Part shown: one piece after another, positions 23,270-34,900 of the stretch
How positions within the stretch are numbered: position 1 is the first letter of the stretch
How the letters are laid out: every line of letters begins with the position of its first letter
From: Schmidtea polychroa
Taxonomy: Eukaryota
Length of the DNA stretch: 64,000 nt
Assembly: GCA_044892525.1 (NCBI GenBank)
Contig: CM097888.1
Coordinates: forward strand, 89,032,001-89,096,000
Direction of reading: 5' to 3'
Position numbers and translations under genes: made by a program
Notes under the pieces: model-generated
Told to the model about the DNA's origin: nothing
The model's database searches: none
Seen by the model: only the letters and a program-made list of their open reading frames with translations

Positions 23270-23569
23270 AATTGGATTATCATCAGTAAGGATGCTGTCT
23301 GCTACTAGATAAGATTGTCCCTCTCATGAATGCCTTAGTTCCAGATCTAGCGATTGTTCTCAATTTGTTTATCAAATCTGCCTTTTCCCTTCCGATTTCA
23401 GTGTTCCAGCATTTTTATCAGAAATAATTTTAATCATTAACTCTGGCGGTATCCAAAAAGAATTTGAATTGACATCATGCAAAAGGATTTCTCTGTCGGA
23501 ATAAAAAAAATCGTCAATAATGCTCAAAAGTGTGGCGATTTCTGCTTGAAATGTAAGTGTCTCAGTCAT
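23270..23569 (-). pseudogene. HSP90: Hsp90 N-terminal pseudogene fragment with internal deletions
   Basis: ETLTFQAEIATLLSIIDDFFYSDREI, then in another frame KADLINKLRTIARSGTKAFM and SYLVA; segments of the ATPase domain are missing. Confidence 0.88.
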
Positions 23570-23949
23570 TCATTATTTCAATTTAATTCAATTTAATTTC
23601 CAATTAAACAAAGAAAAACACGAACTCTCCAATTTCAATTGATATTGTTAATTCCAAAAGATTCAACTAATTTCAAATCAAAATATCAAAAATTCGAAAT
23701 TCCAACAATTCCACACTTGAAACCACTTTAATTCAAAAAATCCACAAAATTTAAATTCCAATAATAGATCCAAGAACAAGAATGAGTACACAGACGCAAA
23801 AGAATAATAATAAGGCAAAAAACACGCACGCATACGCGAACAAGAGAGAACCACGAAAACACACACACACATAGACGCGGCAACATTAATGCAGAATTTT
23901 ACGAAACAATGTTGAAGAAGCTATAAGATTTATTCAAGCCTGCGACCTT

Positions 23950-25040
23950 AGACAATGACGTCAATCTATAGTCAGAAATGGTCAAAATAATACCAGAGTC
24001 TATTAATGAAGAAGATAATGACATGCTATCTGATAGTAAAATTGAGCCAGAGAATATCATTATGCTACCGTTTGTTCAGTCAAAAGATAGAAATGTGGCA
24101 TCATAATCATTTAATGAATGAGAGACAAAATTGTTAAAAGAACGTATTCCGTGGGAAATGGGATTTACGAAATTTTCATTCTCGTACTGAAACCCGGGCA
24201 AGATGATTGGTAAATTTTTAACCTTTCAGTGTTTGAAACTATTATAAAATGTATTAATGGATACCATGAGGAAACCTTATATAAAGATGATTGACATGCA
24301 ATAATTGAAAGCATTTTTGTGTAATTCTGAAATCTACATTGCCAAAGAAAATGGTATTGACGAGACAAATCAGGGAGAAAATGCCAAGCGACAAAGAGAA
24401 AGACAATAAATTCCTTTTCCAAGATAAAAGTACTCTTGTGAAATTCAACTCAAAGAAAAACAAATCTGTTATCGGGCTTATCTCTCAAACTATAAGACCC
24501 GAAATATATAATGTGACCTATAAGCCTAATATCATAATGTATTACAAATCGACAAACGCAAGTATAAATACATCAGATCGTTTAATTAGGTTCACTGGTC
24601 GTTGGACCATGGCTATTTTTGCCATATCCGTTATGTCGCTGCATATAACGCATTTTGGTTGTATGTTGAAAAGAATAAGGATTTTCAACATAAAACACAC
24701 AAAAACAGTTAAGAAGAGAGTTGTTAAAGATACTGTTCAAGGACCCTAGGGGATAATGAAGAAGACAATTTTCAAAGTACACAGAAGAAGCAGAAAATGT
24801 CTATAAAAAGAACATGTTGCCATATATGTGAAAAAGTATCAAAGAAGAGAATCTGAAAATCTTGTACTCAGTGCAATGGATAATTTTGCGAGGGACATAA
24901 AATGGGGAAAAAGACCTGTAAGAAATGTTTTTTCATCTAATTTTTTATGTTGTGTTATTTTGATAGTTAATTCTCAAGTGGCTACCCTGGCCATGTTCAG
25001 ATAAAAATTTAACTTTTTCCTCGGGTATTCATGAGTTAAA
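23950..25040 (+). mobile_element. piggyBac-like transposase relic
   Basis: KKNKSVI...KPNIIMYYKST...RWTMAIF, C-terminal Cys-rich CHICEK...CTQCNG.FCEGH; a right end ...GAGTTAA near 25033-25039; left end not found. Confidence 0.8.
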
Positions 25041-25343
25041 TTTTGCTCAATTTAAATGTGATTCTGAAAAAATAAAATAGAAATATTTTATCTCAATGAA
25101 TATAAAATGAAAAAATTATCAAGTAAAAAGTGAAAATAACAAAATTAATTTATTAGAAAAATAATATATTAGATTTATTAAATAATAATTGTAAAATTTT
25201 ATCTAATTTTTTATAATAATTAATTTTCTTAAATTATTAAAAAATACTAACGAAAAGGTTTATAAATTGTTTAAATAAACAAAATTAAATAGAATATTTT
25301 TTAAAACGATTTAAATACAGAAAATTTAATTGATAAAATTAAA

Positions 25344-26774
25344 ATGAATAGAAAAGAAAGTTCTCCTTCGCGTAGAGATAAAAGAAATTCATCCAGGGAT
25401 ACAAAGAGAAGGAAAGATAAGGATTACAGCCATAAGAGAGAAAGATCTCCTGAAGAACAAATAAGAAATAGATCTCCTTCAAGAAGAGATCGATCTTCTC
25501 GTAAAATGAAAGAGGTAGAAAGTGACTATCAACGTGACCATAAACATCGCGATCGTTCAAGAGATAATTCTCATAAATCTTCTGATCGTAGAAAGCACCG
25601 TAGACGCGAAAGATCCAATTTAAGTTCAACTAAAAATGAATACTCGGAACGTAAACGTTCACAAATGACAGATTATGATACGCATAGAGATTCACATGAC
25701 CATCGTATATTTCCAAGTCAAGATTTCAGTGAAAATATTTCAAACTCGGCCAATAATTCTGAACAGACGAGGAAAAGAAAACGTGAAAGTAAATGGGGAA
25801 CTGGCCAAGCTAATGTGCCATTGTATCTAAACTCACAGGATGCAGAAGTCTACTCGATCCAAATTCAATTGAACAGTGTCACAACCAAATTAACTCAAAG
25901 GAATTACGCGGAAGAAATAGAAGCAATGTGCCGTGAACCATCGCCAGATCCAGTTTATAATCACGATGGAAAACGTATCAACACAAAAGAATATCGAGCT
26001 CGAGAACGATTAGATGAGCGCAAACGAAATTTGATTCTCAGGCTTCATACATTAAGACCAGATCTTGTTCCTCACGCTGACAAAATGATCGGATCAAGAA
26101 TAGAAGAAAAGATATTCATCCCACAGGAAGACTATCCTGATATTAACTTTGCGGGATTGATTATAGGCCCACGTGGAATGACGCAGAAAGAACTTGAAAA
26201 AGAGACTGGTACAAAAATTCTGATCCGAGGCAAAGGAAGTGCCAAACCTGGACAGTTTAATGGAGACGGAGCTCCACTTCCCGGGGAAGATGAACCTCTT
26301 CATGCTTATGTCACTTCCATGTCAAGAGAAAGTGTCGATAAAGCAGCTGAGAAAATAAGAAAGATAATCCAAGATGGAATTGAATTTCCCGAACTACAAA
26401 ATGATTTACGTAAAAATCAAATGAAACAATTGGCTATTTTTAATGGGACATATAGAGAAACGGAAGGATTAAATAAATTGAAAATTCTTGGAGAGGCACA
26501 GTCAGTTATCACAAATACAATAATCTGTAGTTTGTGTGGGGGGACTGGACATTTGCCTAGAGATTGTATGGTAAATAGTAACCAAATTCCTATGATGCAG
26601 CTCCCACCTCAGCACGCAAAGTTAGAGGGAGAGTATGATAATTTTATTACTGAACTTGGTGTGGATGGAGCCAGCGCGAAGCCAGCATATTTAGGGTTTG
26701 TGCCTCAACAGAATTCCGGAAATTCGATCCAAGGAACGAGCTCATTCGTGAAAAACTTTATATTTAGAAACTGA
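25344..26774 (+). CDS. SF1: Splicing factor 1 / branch-point binding protein, 476 aa, single ORF
   Basis: ULM RKRKRESKWG, PSPDPVYNHDGKRINTKEYR, KH domain YPDINFAGLIIGPRG...KILIRGKGS, EDEPLHAYV, QUA2, and zinc knuckle CSLCGGTGHLPRDC. Confidence 0.96.
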   Translation: MNRKESSPSRRDKRNSSRDTKRRKDKDYSHKRERSPEEQIRNRSPSRRDRSSRKMKEVESDYQRDHKHRDRSRDNSHKSSDRRKHRRRERSNLSSTKNEYSERKRSQMTDYDTHRDSHDHRIFPSQDFSENISNSANNSEQTRKRKRESKWGTGQANVPLYLNSQDAEVYSIQIQLNSVTTKLTQRNYAEEIEAMCREPSPDPVYNHDGKRINTKEYRARERLDERKRNLILRLHTLRPDLVPHADKMIGSRIEEKIFIPQEDYPDINFAGLIIGPRGMTQKELEKETGTKILIRGKGSAKPGQFNGDGAPLPGEDEPLHAYVTSMSRESVDKAAEKIRKIIQDGIEFPELQNDLRKNQMKQLAIFNGTYRETEGLNKLKILGEAQSVITNTIICSLCGGTGHLPRDCMVNSNQIPMMQLPPQHAKLEGEYDNFITELGVDGASAKPAYLGFVPQQNSGNSIQGTSSFVKNFIFRN

Positions 26775-27639
26775 TCGGGTGTTTGGTTATTGTATAAATA
26801 ATATTCTTTAGCTTGACTTTATTTTATTTATCATATGAACAGGTGGTTAAGTTCAGGTTGCTGCCCTAGGTATAACACGTATTTCTTTATGATTTATCTC
26901 CCTATTCTAGACATGTTTCGGAAAGTTTTGTTTTAATATTCTAATTTTTTAGTGTTGGATCGGATTGAATTTCCATGGTAGAAAAGCGGTCAAGATATTA
27001 TCATTTTTATAAAAATATTTTATAACCATTTCAATTCCAACAGTGATCAAACATGTTTCATCCTCAGTCAAAAAAACATTTTGAGTGGAACTTTATATTA
27101 CTCTATTTTTTGACTTTGCGACCCTTGATAAAGCTATAACTATGGGGTTCTTGTTAAATTTCATTTTTATTAGCCCTCTCTCACTCTAAGGGAAAGTAAA
27201 TGTTTTACTAGAGATCAGAAATAAATTAAATTAATGGGAAAACTAAATAAATACCTAATTTATTAAAAGGAATTAATAAGGATAATTTTATGTCTTTTTT
27301 CCTTAATGTATGTTAACAGTGATTTTTGATTTATATTGTTATTTCTATTCTACTGTTACTCACACACGTAAATACAAACACCCCAACTGTCTCAAAACAA
27401 ATTTTTAAAAGTGACTTTGCTGGTCTCTACAATCGTTCCCTAACAAAACAATATCTCATTAATATAAATATCATCTAGATTGAATCACCTAAATAATGAA
27501 TAGATATGCGAATTTCAAGTAAAGAGGAAAATTAGTTTAATAAGCATAAAACAAATCCAATGAAAATATTAAAATAAGTATAAACAATGATTTTTACGAT
27601 TCAATAATTTTTTATGAATTTAAATTTACTGTTTTTGGC

Positions 27640-28010
27640 AATTTTTCTGGGACACACCAATTTAATCTTTCAAATCGGAGAACATAAGTCTAGGTCAGTC
27701 AGATCTATTAAGTTAGTATTATTTGGTTTTCAAAATTCTTTTTCTTCTATGCTGGGATCCTTCTTTGTGATCCAATACATTATTTGGCGTTTTGCTCTGT
27801 TTGCTGATCAATAATTGTTATGCTCGGTTCTTGTTTATAAGATCATACGGTGCATTCACACTCAATAAATATTATAAAACAGGCCCAAACAAATACAGGG
27901 TAAAGATGTTTGCAGAAAGACTAATGCCGATCCCAAAGAACAACAGTAATCCAGGTGATTTATCCAAGCAATTTGATTCAGTAAACAATATATATATAAG
28001 CACAAAACTC
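27640..28010 (+). mobile_element. Highly decayed piggyBac-like relic
   Basis: WRFALFAD and LNKYYKTGPNKYRVKMF resemble RF..I.R.L.F.D and LKQY.K.KP.KYG.K.F. Confidence 0.5.
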
Positions 28011-28599
28011 GTTTAAGTGGCCAAAAATCATACTTAAAATTTTTGCATTTTAAAATCAATCTTGTAAAAGCTATAAAACCCGGAAAAGACAGAAACATTC
28101 TACAACTTAAATGCATGGAAATATAACATTTTAACAATACTCGATAAATTCAATGTTGGAAATACTTTGTTCCTCCAATAGTATCAAAGAAGTCGTCTGA
28201 TGATGGAATTGGAAATATTGGTCCAATTCTATGCATTGTTTTACACAAAAAGTAACTGATTAAAATCGCGAATTGCGAAGGGAATGTAGCTCAATTTCTT
28301 TGAAATCTATATCATGAATGTGAAATAACAATACCACGTATAAAACTTCAATCAAAAAATGCAATAACTAATATTTATAATGACTAAACTAAAATTCTTT
28401 CCCCACTAAGAAAATCACCAATGATCATTGGTAAGATGTTCAACTTGGAGAGTTATTATTCACTACAATGCCCAAATTATTCAAACAAATTGCTCTATAT
28501 GTTGTTTCTTTCAACCTATTCATATACACATCACTGAGCTTTAACCAAAAGAAAAAAGTAATAGTTATTTATTAACCATGACAGACAAGCATATAGCAC

Positions 28600-29165
28600 G
28601 AATGAAAGTAGTATCCATAGCAAATATGAGAATAGAAACGAGCATTACTTCATATGTGAGTATAAAGATTCGGGTTACCTAGTGAATTTATCTTAGATGA
28701 ATGAACTCAATTCATCCGGCAACAACTTTCAAAAATTAAGCAATGGTTTGGGTATAAAGAGTAACAAAGCTACACCCCATCATCCTCAAACCATCGCAAA
28801 ATGCTCGGCAAACTGCCGTCAATATTGGATAAAATTACTACCAAAATATTGTTGTCTAAGAAATAGTCCAGAAAAACAAGAATATTCAACAACTCAGAAA
28901 GTCTATGGATCTGATCTAACAATTCCCGGGGCTGTTCCATTAGCCTATAGAAACAGATAAACGAGTGACAAGAGACACAACAGAAATATCAGCTGAAATT
29001 CTTAAAGAATTGAAGGTCATTCGATATGGATCCCCTTATGCAGTTTCAAGCCAACTTGTGCTCCCTTTCCAAGTGCTGGAAGAGCAACCAAATTCTTTCA
29101 AACTCATTAATGGCAATTCCATCTCAACGGACACTGAAAGAATTTTTACCTCTGGAGCTATTTGA
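28600..29165 (+). mobile_element. Gypsy-like integrase C-terminal relic
   Basis: TPHHPQT..KC...WIKLLP...LRN...STTQKVYGSDLTIPG. Confidence 0.7.
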
Positions 29166-29412
29166 AATATTATAAAGTATAGAGTATATTATATCATTAA
29201 AATGGTACTATTGCTCCGTCAAATATGAAACATTGGCTATTTTATAATTCATGAACATTTTTAATTTTTCTATCTTATATTTTTAATTATATTCTATTTT
29301 TAATTGTGCAGACAATTTTTTTACTATTGCATTGATTTCGAAAAACATTAAATGAATAATTATTATTGTTTAAATAATTAAAATATTTCAAATTTCGATT
29401 TATTTTTGAATT

Positions 29413-29946
29413 ATGCCTAGAGATCCAAGATTAATAAAAAAAATATCGACTGGTGGCCTCAGTTCATATCGAGATCAACAATATAAAGTATAAACATAAA
29501 TTTTATGTGTTTTATAATAATTTCAATAGGGATCCAGAGGTGAACAGGAAAAAGCCTTATTAAAAAGTCTAACTTTATACGTAGGCAATTTATCATTTTT
29601 TACTCGAGAGGAGCAAATTTGGGAATTATTTTCAAGAGCTGGAAAAGTAAAACGCGTCATAATGGGGTTGGATAGAAATAAGAGAACACCATGTGGGTTT
29701 TGTTTCGTTGAATATTTCACTCGAGAACAAGCTGAAAGTGCAGTTTGCTACATCAATGGAACTAGATTAGATGACAGGATAATTAGAACAGATTGGGATG
29801 CAGGATTTAAAGACGGGAGACAATTTGGAAGAGGACGAACTGGAGGTCAAGTGAGAGATGAATTCAGACGAGATTATGATTCCGGCCGAGGCGGATATGG
29901 GAAAATTGTTCAACAAAAGCTTGAATTAACAGAAGATGTTGCATAA
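29413..29946 (+). CDS. NCBP2: Nuclear cap-binding protein subunit 2 (CBP20), 163 aa, 2 exons
   Basis: Exons 29413-29487 and 29530-29946 (42-nt GT-AG intron). [10 protein letters not shown]|GS...TLYVGNLSF...CGFCFVEY...[25 protein letters not shown]. Confidence 0.97.
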
Positions 29947-30499
29947 TTTTGAATATTTCCTAACAATGTAAATAATAAATGTTTTCATTCATTTTGAATT
30001 GGTTTTATTTTTATTATTAACTAATTTCCACAGAAGTAGGCAAAATTTTTGCACTGTTGCTAATGATTGATTTGACAGTATAAATTAATTTGGATTTATT
30101 TCTAATATAAATACTAGAAATTCCGATCATTTCCCATCGATATTGATATAAAATTATATTCAATGACCTTGGAGCTATTTTTATGTAGGTCAACTTTGTT
30201 TCCAATAGTTTTAGATAATACATAGGTTATATAGTTTTATATGTATATATTCTTTATTTTTTTTATTTATATTCTATCTGTTTTATATTTTTTTTCAATT
30301 TTCTTCTTTTTTCATAATATTATTCTTATTTTTGAAGCAATATGGGACAAATGTCCCGGGCGCCAAAATGAGGTATGAACGTTAAATTATTATAAGCGAA
30401 AAAGCACAATAAATCCTTTGGACCTTCTTGGGTTTATTGCATTTTATGGTATTCCCGAATTTGCGAATTGAAACTAACTTTGTCGTATTTGCATGCTTC

Positions 30500-30960
30500 A
30501 ATGGGGTTGAATAGTCTCAGCGATCTGGATCTTTCAGCGTTGAAAAGGAAACAATGAAAAAAACATATTTTGACTACGTGATTGACTAGTTTGCGACCAT
30601 GAAGTCAAGGGGTAGGACATACCTGATCTTATTATAAATCGTTGATAGATCCCATAAACCGGCATTAGAGTTTGCTTCTATTGTTCTAGATAGATCTGCT
30701 AAAACACTTTTACTGATTATTACTGGTGGTTTTGTAGCAGATAGCATAATTTATTCGGACGAATGGCCTATTATAAGGCACTAGCCAACAGTCGTTAATA
30801 CGAATATTCCACTGCTTGTCATAATTATAAAGTTGTAAATCTTGAAACTGGCGTCAATACCCCAGCACGTTGAATCCTATAACAATCGACTAAAGATGAA
30901 GATCAAATCAAAGAAATAGTTTTTTGAAGGAATTTATGTTTACAGAAAGAAATAAAGAAG
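30500..30960 (+). mobile_element. Merlin (IS1016/IS1595-like) transposase relic
   Basis: DRSAKTLL.II...IIYSDEW...ETGVNT.QHVESY across frameshifts. Confidence 0.75.
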
Positions 30961-31926
30961 ACCAGGTTTTGGCATTTTTTCAATTACTTGCTAATTAAAA
31001 GAAAAGAAAAATAAAAAATAATTGTATTCATTCTTCATTTAATTTATAAAAATAATCCTGTATTTTTTCGGGGAAGGGGTGAAACATATATGATACTAAA
31101 TCTTTTCTAGAATATGTAAACCATTTACGACGGTACTATAATTTCTAGAACTTTGCTTCTTTAAATAAAATGTTTTATTAAAATTAAAATTGTTTTCCTT
31201 ATTAAAAGGGGAGAGGGCAGGGCGCCAATTTAATAGATAGACCCGGGCGCAAAACATCATAGCTACGCTTCTGCCTTTATCAAACCGCATCTAATAAATG
31301 CAACACAGATAATTGGATACATAAGAAAATAAATCATTTGACTTGCCGTTGTTGTAAAATTCCCATTGTTTAATACGCCAATATTCGACTGAAAAAAAAA
31401 TACATTTATAGAAAAATCAAGTATATAATAACAAGTTATTTTCACGAAGAGAATTCCAAGAAATCGATAAGAACGTACAAAATATATAAAACAAATGCAT
31501 GGAAGCACTCCAAAACCTCACAAAAAACATCAGAATTAGAGAGATTTCTTTGACACACCACCATAGTCGACAGGATTCACACTTAAGAAATCCCAGAAAA
31601 CTAAATTCAAAAAATAATTCGAGAAATTTACAATTGTTTTGATGACAAAATTACATTTGTTGATAAAATTGTAAGTAAATTTTATAGATTTAAATTACAA
31701 ATTTTAACTGTTCATTTTGATTACTTTAGTAGTTCAGTAAATTTAATCAAAAAATATATTTCTTAGATATTTCTCTTTTGTTTATTTTAAATAAAATTAT
31801 AAAATGATTCAACATTCGTTTGTTTTAGTTTATCATTTTAATCTTTGTTAAGCTAGGATATTATATTAACTGTATAATTAAAATTAGTTAATTAAATTTA
31901 TTGCAGTTCAAACAGTAAAATATTTA

Positions 31927-34900
31927 ATGATTAAAATAGTAAAAAGTAGCAATTTGTTGAGAGTATTTGATATCAACCAGCCATTTATGACATTGGGGGC
32001 TTTGTTGGTATTTATTATGGGGAGGCAGTTAATATCAGGTAATTTATATGATTGTGCTACAGCAAATGATTCCCATTGCAGCCGAGTATCACATCAGTAG
32101 CAAGGAAGGTCCCAGTTATTTGACCACAGGAATCAATGATACCTATGGGAAAGGATATGTAATCAGATTTAAAATGAGCCTCAATAGAATGAGAGGAACT
32201 TTATTATATTTGATTGATAAATACGAGAATCAGTTGATAATTTCCCTTGATGAGGAGCTGGGGGAGAGGATGATAATGGAATTCAGGGGGGAATCGCATT
32301 ATGCAACTCTATCTGAATTGTGTAAGGGATAAATTGGAATATTGATTGAGGGGGGTGATAAATTATGCTTTGCATTCAGGTGGCTGTGTGAGATGCAAAT
32401 ATCGATTGATCGAGTTGATGGTGTCCATTACTGATCGGATCAGCATCCAATGCAATGATCAGCCATATAAATCATTCAGCTATTGGGATAAGAAAGTGCT
32501 TAATAACGGTAAGCATGTGAAATGATATTATAACTCATGATCAATAAATCAATAACAGCGATAAATAGTGCAATAGTGCCGCCATATAAGTGATCCTGAA
32601 CCCTCTCATCCAATCATCAAAGGGGCTCATTGGAAGGTTATAAAATCAATATAAAAGGGCAACCAATCAAATTCTCGCATTTGAGCGCCAGTAAAATATC
32701 ATTGCGATTATAAAAATATCAAATAAAGAATTGCTTGCATTCAGTGACGGATGCAGGATTATTGGTGGAGGGGGGATAATTTTATATGTTTTATTTATAC
32801 TACTCTGTGTGTGTGTGTGTGTAATATGATTTGAAATTTTTTATAAGTTTTTATTATTAATTGTTTGAGTTTGCACATGGATTGAAAGGTAAGTTAATAT
32901 TACTTTCAATTTGTTAACACATATCGCCAATAATTTCACGTTGCAGTGAACTACATATTGAATTACCTTTCAAATGATACCTATATTATATAGTTTTTAA
33001 AATGTTGAAGGTTTTTGACCATTTGAAGGGTAAGGTTACGCTTTAAAAATTTCAGTGTATGACCATTTGATAGAGCTCTTCAAGACCTTTCGAATGATAC
33101 CCATAAAAGTTGACAGCATTTGACCCTTTTAAATTTAAATTTGAAATGAGTCACCCTGAAGAGTCATCGATTGAGTCATTTATGACTCACCCGAGGGGAT
33201 ATGCGACATGTTCTTTGTTATGAGTCATATGTCTTTGTTTAACGATGAGTCATGTACCACACTTCTACCTATTGACAGCCAATGCAAATCCGCATTTCGA
33301 TCTGATCATTTACTGATTATGAATATTATTGTTTTATTGTTTGCTAAATAAATGTTCACATTCAATATATATTTAATGCGCCATTTTATTACGCAGCCTA
33401 TCCGATCGGAGAAGCATTTGGAACTTCGTCAGTGAGATTATATCTCGTCAATACTCCTGAGCATGGTGAATATTATCCGAACCCTTTCCAATTGGCTGGC
33501 TGTATTAGTGATATAATAGTAAATGGAAATCCTGTAGAAACGGAGAAATTTGGCCCTGCAATCTCCACCAAATGCCCCAAATTATGCGTCAATGACGTGT
33601 GCAATGCTGGCGTATGCCATGAAACATATGATAGATATCCATTCTGTGATTGCACTGATTCCTTCCTGAATGGCCGATTCTGCAATTCAAGTGAGTAAAT
33701 GTAACATGTGAATGACAATGGCAGTTGAACAAAGGTTACTCTGGGTACCTCAATATTACACATGCAATTTTGCTTTTGTATCTTTAATTATGATTGTCAT
33801 TTGAAAAACAAAAGAGGTAAACCTTTGCTTAGAGACGGTGAGTTTCAATATCATCTGAATGCACCAAGTTATGCGGGCGCTAAGATATACTGGCTGCTTT
33901 GCACACAGATAGGAGTTTGCAAAGCAAGTTGTGGCATTAATGGCTTTACCATTTATTCCAGATAAAGATGTAGCTGACACTTTTAAAGGTTTAGTAGCTT
34001 ATGTTACGCTCGAACTTAATGATTTTATTGATTTCTATGAAAGAACTTATTTAGGATTAATTAAGCACGAAACCAGCTGGATCTCAATGAGTTCAAGATT
34101 TGAGAACAAAACTTGGAGTTGCTATAACGCAATACTTTCTAGACATGGCGGAATGAATAATGTTGCAGATGGATGACATGCTCGTTTTCAAGGTGAAATC
34201 CAATCGCATCATGCAACTATTTGGAGGTTTATGGAGTTTATTAGAATACATGAAGCCGATGACAAAGTATTGGTTGAGCAGTTATTTGAAGGTCACCGAA
34301 AGATTAGCCATCCAATAAAGTGCATTTATCTTATTAATAACTCACGCATCTCAGATCTTACAAGGTCATGCGATGCAATTAAGGATATTGTCATGACTAA
34401 GAACTAGTTGCATAGAACAGGAAAGCTGCTGATAAACAGCTTTGCTTATATTGCACAACAAGATAATCGTCAGCCTGATATAAACAGAGTTAAATTTCTA
34501 ATTTTCTAGTTTCTAAAGACTTATAGAGCTTCTATTTGGTTTTCTTTTATACTTTTTATCAGTATCATAATTTATTGGTCCCTATAATATGCAATTAATT
34601 ATTATATATGCCACATATATGTAACTATACAATTTGACAGGGATCATAGCCATTCATAAACTAATGAAAGAGCCTTGTTATATATAAATGTGACACAAAA
34701 CAATCAAGATTTTATCCAATAGAATATTTTAATTAAATAAAAATAAATTTATTGAGTAAAGAAAATATGTGAAAACTTCTAATCATTCGGCATAAGCTTA
34801 TCATCCCTTGGTCATGACTTGGTTATGACTTGTTATGGCTAACCTTACCCATTTATAAAATTTGCAAATTGCGAAGATTTCATAAATTTATTTTCAAAAT

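Noticed and set aside
23250-23290. Minus-strand CTGATGA...GAAAC
   Set aside because: Stems I and II do not pair; lies at the end of the Hsp90 fragment.
23322-23335. CTCATGAATGCC as the left TIR of the piggyBac (implying Hsp90 capture)
   Set aside because: No TTAA flank, and the bases encode Hsp90 KAFM on the other strand; chance match.
27045-27070. Minus-strand CTGAGGATGAAACATGT
   Set aside because: No stem II and no stem I complement.
32082-33690. Gene-wide positive selection on the duplicated receptor
   Set aside because: Hand count of 11 nonsynonymous to 6 synonymous changes does not exceed neutral expectation; only the clustering is reported.
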